Shown here in pieces: positions 59,045 through 64,000 of a stretch of DNA of 64,000 nucleotides. Positions within the stretch are counted from its first letter, which is position 1. Every line of letters begins with the position of its first letter. This DNA comes from Nitrosospira sp. (GTDB lineage: Bacteria; Pseudomonadota; Gammaproteobacteria; Burkholderiales; Nitrosomonadaceae), in the NCBI GenBank assembly GCA_043721435.1, contig JAYSQR010000038.1:7629-71628 (forward strand), in the 5' to 3' direction. Position numbers and translations under genes: made by a program. A model generated the notes under the pieces. That model made no database searches and had not been told where the DNA came from. It saw only the letters and a program-made list of their open reading frames with translations.

Positions 59045-61801
59045 ATGTCTATCACCCTGAAATTTCCGCAACTCACTCCCGCTGATGTTTTCGCACATCT
59101 TGCCGCCGGGCTGAAAGCCGGTAGCACGGTCGTTACCCCTAACCGGCGGCTCGCGCTGGCGCTTAAGCGTGAATTCGACGCTGCCCAGGCAGCCCAGGGA
59201 CTCAGTCTCTGGGATACAGCTGATATCCTCCCATTCCCCGCATTTGTCGAACGTGCTTATGAGGACGTGCTTTACTCCGGACAGGCAACCGGACTGCCCA
59301 TTCTGCTTACCACTGCGCAGGAACAGGCATTGTGGGAGGACGCCATCCGGCGTGCGGATACGGCTTTGCTTGCTATTGCGGAAACCGCACGGCTTGCGCG
59401 CGAAGCGTGGCAGCTCGCGCACGCATGGCAGCTTCTTCCGCAGATCAGAAACTTCCCACTCAACGAAGACGGCAAGGCATTCCAGGATTGGTCACAGCAT
59501 TATGCACGCGCTACCGGGCGCAAACAGCAAACCGACAGCGCGCGTCTGTGTTATCTGGTGGCCGGATTGTGGCAGCACGCAGCGGTAACAAAACCGCAAC
59601 GCCTGATCTGCTATGGCTTTGACATCATCACGCCGCAGCAGGCAGCGTTGCTGAGCAAACTCGAGGCAGCCGGTTGCGAAGTACTGCTGGCGCGATCGCA
59701 GTCGCAACTGCGGCTGCATCATGGCACTGTGCAGCGCGTCGCAGGTGCCGACAGCCGCGATGAAATTCAGCGTGCGGCAATATGGGCGCGGGCACGGATC
59801 GAGACTAACGCTGCGGCGCGTATCGGCATTGTTGTGCCGGATCTTGCCAAGCGGCGCAGTGCGATCATGCGCATTTTCAGTGCGGTGATGGAACCGGACG
59901 CGCAGTGTGTGTTGCCGGACACTGCCCAACGCACATTGCCGTTCAACACCTCGCTTGGCGTGGCTCTGACTTCATATCCGCTGGTCAGCACCGCGTTTCT
60001 GCTACTCGAACTGGCCGGACGGGAGATTGAGTTTGAACGTGCGAGCCGCTTGCTGCGCTCGCCGTTTGTTGCGGGCGGCGAGACTGAAATGACCGGCCGC
60101 GCGCGGCTCGATGCCCAGTTGCGCAAGCGTGCCGAACCGGTAATGACGCTCGACCGGCTGCTCACGCTGATTGAGCGCGATGGAGGAAACTGTCCGATGC
60201 TCAAGCAGCGCTTGTTCGCACTGGCTGAATTCCGCAAGGCAAATCTGTTCGGCGCACAGGCGCCCTCAGCGCTGGCCAAAGCCATTTCCGCAGCGCTGCA
60301 AATTGTCGGTTTTCCCGGCGAGCGCAGCCTCGATTCGGCCGAATACCAGGCCCTAAAAAAATGGCACGAGGTTGTCGCTGATTTTGCTGCACTTGACAGC
60401 GTCATAGCGCGTACCGGCTACAGCGAAGGGCTGTCGCGCCTGCGCCGCATGGCGGCGGAAACCTTGTTCCAGCCCGAGACAGCAGATGTTCCCATCCAGA
60501 TTCTCGGTGTGTTCGAGGCTGCGGGCATGGAATTCGATCACCTGTGGGTGATGGGGCTATCCGATGAAGTATGGCCGCAGCCGCCACGTCCGAATCCGTT
60601 CCTGCCGGTCGAGCTGCAACGCGCGGCAAAGCTGCCGCAGGGTTCTGCCGCTGAATCGCTCGAGCTGGCGCGCCGGCTTACTGCTGACTGGCTATGCAGC
60701 GCGGACGAAGTCATTCTGAGTCATCCACAGCACAGCATGGATCGCGGCGGCCAGGAACTCATGCCCAGTCCGCTGATCACGCACATTGCCGTGAGTGAGC
60801 CTGCACTCATATCGATACCAGCCGCTTATGCCAACCACCGCGATCTGATCCACAGCGCCGGTCAGTTTGAACACAGCGAGGATGATAAAGCACCTGCGGT
60901 CAATCAGACGATGTACGCCATCAGCGGTGGCACAGCGGTGATAAAAGATCAGGCGGCCTGTCCATTCCGCGCACTGGCGCTACACCGGCTCGGCGCACAG
61001 AGCCTACAGGCTCCGCACACCGGGCTGGATGCACGGGAGCGCGGCACGCTGGTGCATCGTGTGCTCGCACAGGCGTGGAAACAATTGAAAAGCAGCAGCG
61101 CGCTCACTGCGGTCAGCAGCGATGATCTTGAAGCAATGCTGAGGCAGGCCGCCGCAGAGGCGATTGCGCACATCCGCAAAGACCGGCCGGCCACGCTCGC
61201 CGGACGTTTCGCGGAAATCGAACAACGGCGGTTGGTGCGGCTGGCACGCGAATGGCTCAACGCAGACAAAGAGCGCGGCGATTTCACCGTCATCGCCTGC
61301 GAAGACAAACGCAGCATCGAAATCGGCGGGCTGGCGTTGACTACCCGTCTCGACCGCGTTGACGAGCTTGCTGACGGGCGCCGCATCGTCATCGATTACA
61401 AGACCCGCGCACCGCCGGTTGGCACCATGCTGGGCGAGCGTCCGGACGAGCCGCAACTGCCGCTGTATTTGGTCACTGCCGAGCCGGATGCCGCAGCGGT
61501 TGCCTTTGCCCAGGTCAGGTTGGGCGCCATGCAATTCACCGCACTGGCGCGCGACAACGACCTGTTGCCCGGGGTGAAAGCTTTCTCCGAATCGCGCCAG
61601 CGTGAACGGCATGGCTCGTGGGAAGAACTGATTGTGGCTTGGCGCACCGATCTCACCCACCTTGCCGCAAGTTTCCGTAGCGGCGATGCCCAGGTCGACC
61701 CCAAGAAATATCCGTTTACTTGCCGCAATTGTGACATGCAGCCGTTCTGCCGCATCTACGAACGCAGCGAGAGCGCGTTTTCCCAAGAGGAGAGGGAATG
61801 A
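59045..61801 (+). CDS. addB: double-strand-break repair protein AddB (proteobacterial type, PD-(D/E)XK nuclease with Fe-S cysteines)
   Basis: C-terminal nuclease (VIDYKT) with cysteines ACPF...CRNCDMQPFC. ATGA-coupled to a UvrD-type helicase-nuclease gene. I prefer the ATG at 59045 over the TTG at 59033. Confidence 0.8.
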   Translation: MSITLKFPQLTPADVFAHLAAGLKAGSTVVTPNRRLALALKREFDAAQAAQGLSLWDTADILPFPAFVERAYEDVLYSGQATGLPILLTTAQEQALWEDAIRRADTALLAIAETARLAREAWQLAHAWQLLPQIRNFPLNEDGKAFQDWSQHYARATGRKQQTDSARLCYLVAGLWQHAAVTKPQRLICYGFDIITPQQAALLSKLEAAGCEVLLARSQSQLRLHHGTVQRVAGADSRDEIQRAAIWARARIETNAAARIGIVVPDLAKRRSAIMRIFSAVMEPDAQCVLPDTAQRTLPFNTSLGVALTSYPLVSTAFLLLELAGREIEFERASRLLRSPFVAGGETEMTGRARLDAQLRKRAEPVMTLDRLLTLIERDGGNCPMLKQRLFALAEFRKANLFGAQAPSALAKAISAALQIVGFPGERSLDSAEYQALKKWHEVVADFAALDSVIARTGYSEGLSRLRRMAAETLFQPETADVPIQILGVFEAAGMEFDHLWVMGLSDEVWPQPPRPNPFLPVELQRAAKLPQGSAAESLELARRLTADWLCSADEVILSHPQHSMDRGGQELMPSPLITHIAVSEPALISIPAAYANHRDLIHSAGQFEHSEDDKAPAVNQTMYAISGGTAVIKDQAACPFRALALHRLGAQSLQAPHTGLDARERGTLVHRVLAQAWKQLKSSSALTAVSSDDLEAMLRQAAAEAIAHIRKDRPATLAGRFAEIEQRRLVRLAREWLNADKERGDFTVIACEDKRSIEIGGLALTTRLDRVDELADGRRIVIDYKTRAPPVGTMLGERPDEPQLPLYLVTAEPDAAAVAFAQVRLGAMQFTALARDNDLLPGVKAFSESRQRERHGSWEELIVAWRTDLTHLAASFRSGDAQVDPKKYPFTCRNCDMQPFCRIYERSESAFSQEERE

Positions 61802-64000
61802 GCGCTATGCCCATTCCGGATTCTGCCGAGCGCCGTCGCGCACTCGATCCGGCGCAGTCGTTCATCGTGCAGGCACCGGCCGGATCAGGCAAAACCGGGC
61901 TGCTGATCCAGCGTTATCTGCGGCTGCTGGCATGTGTCGAGGCGCCGGAAGAAATCATTGCGATCACCTTTACCCGCAAAGCCGCAGCGGAGATGCGCGA
62001 ACGGGTGCTGGCAGCGCTGATGCAGGACGGCGCTCCACTCGCAACCGAACATGAGCAACTGACCCGCGAATTGGCGCACGCGGCTTTGCAGCGCGACGCT
62101 GAAGCGGGCTGGCAGATTGCGGCGAATCCGGCGCGGCTGCGCATCCAGACCATCGATTCATTATGTGCCGCCCTTACGCACCAGATGCCGTTGCTGTCAA
62201 AGTTTGGTGCGCAACCGGAGAGTGTCGAGGACGCATCCGAACTTTATCTGGAAGCAGCGCGCGCGACCATCGAGCTGGTCGAAGGTGACGATGCAGTGGC
62301 GCAGGATGTCGAGCGCTTGCTCGAGCATCTCGACAATGACGTGGCCCGGATCGAAATGCTGCTGGCCGACATGCTGGCGCGGCGTGACCACTGGCTGCGG
62401 CATATCCACGGCAGAGACCGTGACGAGCTGGAAGCAGCACTGAAAAATGCGCGGCGCGAAGCACTGGAACGCGTGTGCGGCCTGTATCCCGTCCTGGCGC
62501 AGAGCGAGTTGATCGGACTTGCACGCTATGCCGCCGCCAATCTGGCCGCTGACGGCAGGAGCTCTCCAATAGGCGTGTGTGACGAACTCGCTGCCTTGCC
62601 GGGAAGCGAAGATGATGATGTCGTGCGGTGGCACGGCATCGCCGAGCTGCTGCTGACCAAAGAAGGCGATTGGCGCAGACAGCACGATGTCAAGAATGGT
62701 TTCCCGCCGGGCAGCAGCAAGGCCGAGAAAGAAATTTCGAAATCATGGAAAGAGCGCGCACTTGCATTGATCGCTGCGCTCAAGGAAAACGATGCGTTGC
62801 GCCAGGCGCTGCATGACATGCGCCGCCTGCCGCCGCCCGCTTACACCGACATGCAATGGGAGGTACTCGGTGCGATCACCCGCTTGTTGCCGCACGCCGT
62901 CGGCCAGCTCAAGCTCGTGTTCCAGGTGCGCGGCCAGGTGGATTTCACCGAAGTCGCGCAGGCTGCGCTGCTCGCGCTGGGCGAGCCGGATGCGCCGACC
63001 GATCTCGCGCTTGCGCTCGATTATCGCATCCGGCATTTGTTGATCGATGAATTCCAGGATACGTCGATCAGCCAGTATGAGCTGGTGGCAAAGCTTATTG
63101 CCGGCTGGGAACCGGGAGACGGTCGCAGCCTGTTCGTGGTTGGCGACTCGATGCAGTCCATTTACCGTTTCCGCGAGGCCGAGGTCGGATTGTTCCTGCG
63201 TGCGCGTGCGGTGGGGATCGGCAACCTCGCACTGCAGCCGGTTGCACTGTGTGCCAATTTCCGTTCGCAGCGCGGCATTGTCGACTGGGTCAATGCCACT
63301 TTCGCGCAGGTGATGCCGGCGCAGGAAGATATCGCTGCCGGTGCGGTACCGTACACAGCATCCGTCGCCACGCACGCAATGCTTCCCGGCATGGCAGTCA
63401 ATGTGCACGCATTTTTCAATGATGACCATGCGGCCGAAGCGGCGAAAGTGGTGGAGATCATCAAGCAGGCGCAGCACGATGATCCGTCCGCCACAACCGC
63501 AATTCTGGTGCGCAACCGTAGCCACTTGCGCGAAATCGTACCGCGGCTCAACGCAGCCGGATTGCGTTTTCGCGCAATCGAGATTGAAGGCCTCGGCTAC
63601 CGGCCCGTGGTGCAGGATTTGCTGGCGCTGACGCGTGCGCTGGCGCATCCGGCCGATCGCCTGGCGTGGCTGGCAGTGTTGCGCGCGCCGTGGTGCGGTC
63701 TCACGCTTGCCGATCTGCATGCGCTGGCTGCAGTGCAATCTGCTTTCGATGACAGCGAGCGCACCGTATGGGAACTGCTCAACGACGACGCGCGCATGGC
63801 GGCAGTTTCCGACGATGGCGCTGCGCGACTGCTGCGTGTGCGAACAGTGTTGCGCGCTTGCATCGGCAACCGCTGCCGTTCATCGCTGCGCATGCTGGTC
63901 GAAGCAGCATGGCTGGCGCTGGGCGGACCAGCTTGTGTCGGCGATGTGACCGATCTCGCAGACGCTGAAATCTATTTTGATTATCTGGAAGCGCATGAGG
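61798..64000 (+). CDS. addA: double-strand-break repair helicase AddA (UvrD family), 5-prime part, continues beyond the right edge
   Basis: Not in the ORF track because there is no stop in the window. Frame 1 is open from the ATG at 61798. Translation MSAMPIPDSAERRRALDPAQSFIVQAPAGSGKT (Walker A), ITFTRKAAAEMRERV, IQTIDSLC, and LLIDEFQDTS (motif II near 63040). Confidence 0.85.
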   Translation, partial: MSAMPIPDSAERRRALDPAQSFIVQAPAGSGKTGLLIQRYLRLLACVEAPEEIIAITFTRKAAAEMRERVLAALMQDGAPLATEHEQLTRELAHAALQRDAEAGWQIAANPARLRIQTIDSLCAALTHQMPLLSKFGAQPESVEDASELYLEAARATIELVEGDDAVAQDVERLLEHLDNDVARIEMLLADMLARRDHWLRHIHGRDRDELEAALKNARREALERVCGLYPVLAQSELIGLARYAAANLAADGRSSPIGVCDELAALPGSEDDDVVRWHGIAELLLTKEGDWRRQHDVKNGFPPGSSKAEKEISKSWKERALALIAALKENDALRQALHDMRRLPPPAYTDMQWEVLGAITRLLPHAVGQLKLVFQVRGQVDFTEVAQAALLALGEPDAPTDLALALDYRIRHLLIDEFQDTSISQYELVAKLIAGWEPGDGRSLFVVGDSMQSIYRFREAEVGLFLRARAVGIGNLALQPVALCANFRSQRGIVDWVNATFAQVMPAQEDIAAGAVPYTASVATHAMLPGMAVNVHAFFNDDHAAEAAKVVEIIKQAQHDDPSATTAILVRNRSHLREIVPRLNAAGLRFRAIEIEGLGYRPVVQDLLALTRALAHPADRLAWLAVLRAPWCGLTLADLHALAAVQSAFDDSERTVWELLNDDARMAAVSDDGAARLLRVRTVLRACIGNRCRSSLRMLVEAAWLALGGPACVGDVTDLADAEIYFDYLEAHE

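Noticed and set aside
61004-63738. Long minus-strand ORFs (61004-61786, 62197-62685, 62743-63738)
   Set aside because: They are antisense to addB and to the open addA frame (frame 1 from 61798), which shows Walker A, motif Ia and DEFQD helicase motifs. The addA frame is missing from the track only because it has no stop inside the window.

Overview
This 64-kb window looks like chromosomal DNA from a betaproteobacterial chemolithoautotroph. The evidence is the gene order: birA-coaX, mrcA divergent from pilMNOPQ-aroKB, AddAB instead of RecBCD, and a glycogen locus with GH57 enzymes. Nitrosomonadales-like is only a guess that I cannot verify here. I support about 50 protein-coding genes. Most are housekeeping: glnS, birA, coaX, engB, hemB, mrcA, pilMNOPQ, aroK, aroB, a dGTPase-like gene, hemE, a two-component system, mgtA, rsgA, phhB, an M48 protease, orn, glgP/A/B/C, pgi, a thiolase, two GH57 genes, fdxA and addB/addA. 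I saw no rRNA, tRNA, CRISPR, transposase, integrase, phage or recognisable defence genes. The outlier is 21.5-34.5 kb, which packs several inorganic-carbon modules together. It starts with a short-form SbtA-like permease and an SbtB/PII-like gene. Next comes a tightly coupled five-gene operon: NuoM-like, DabA (DUF2309)-like, NuoL-like (DabB), NuoM-like, NuoM-like. After that come a 356-aa protein carrying beta-carbonic-anhydrase-type CxDxR and HxxC motifs, and a second SbtB-like gene 92% identical to the first. As far as I recall, DAB/Mps pumps are described as two-gene units. This four-antiporter-subunit version with an extra CA-like protein is therefore my best candidate for an undescribed system. 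Secondary observations are two MITE-like inverted-repeat elements (3640-4023 and 46474-46713), with a partial copy of the first at 57379-57429. There is also a BigR/SqrR-type persulfide-response locus whose divergent promoters sit inside one 39-bp palindrome, and a glycogen island with paired GH57 enzymes. All family calls come from motif recognition by eye; no searches were run.
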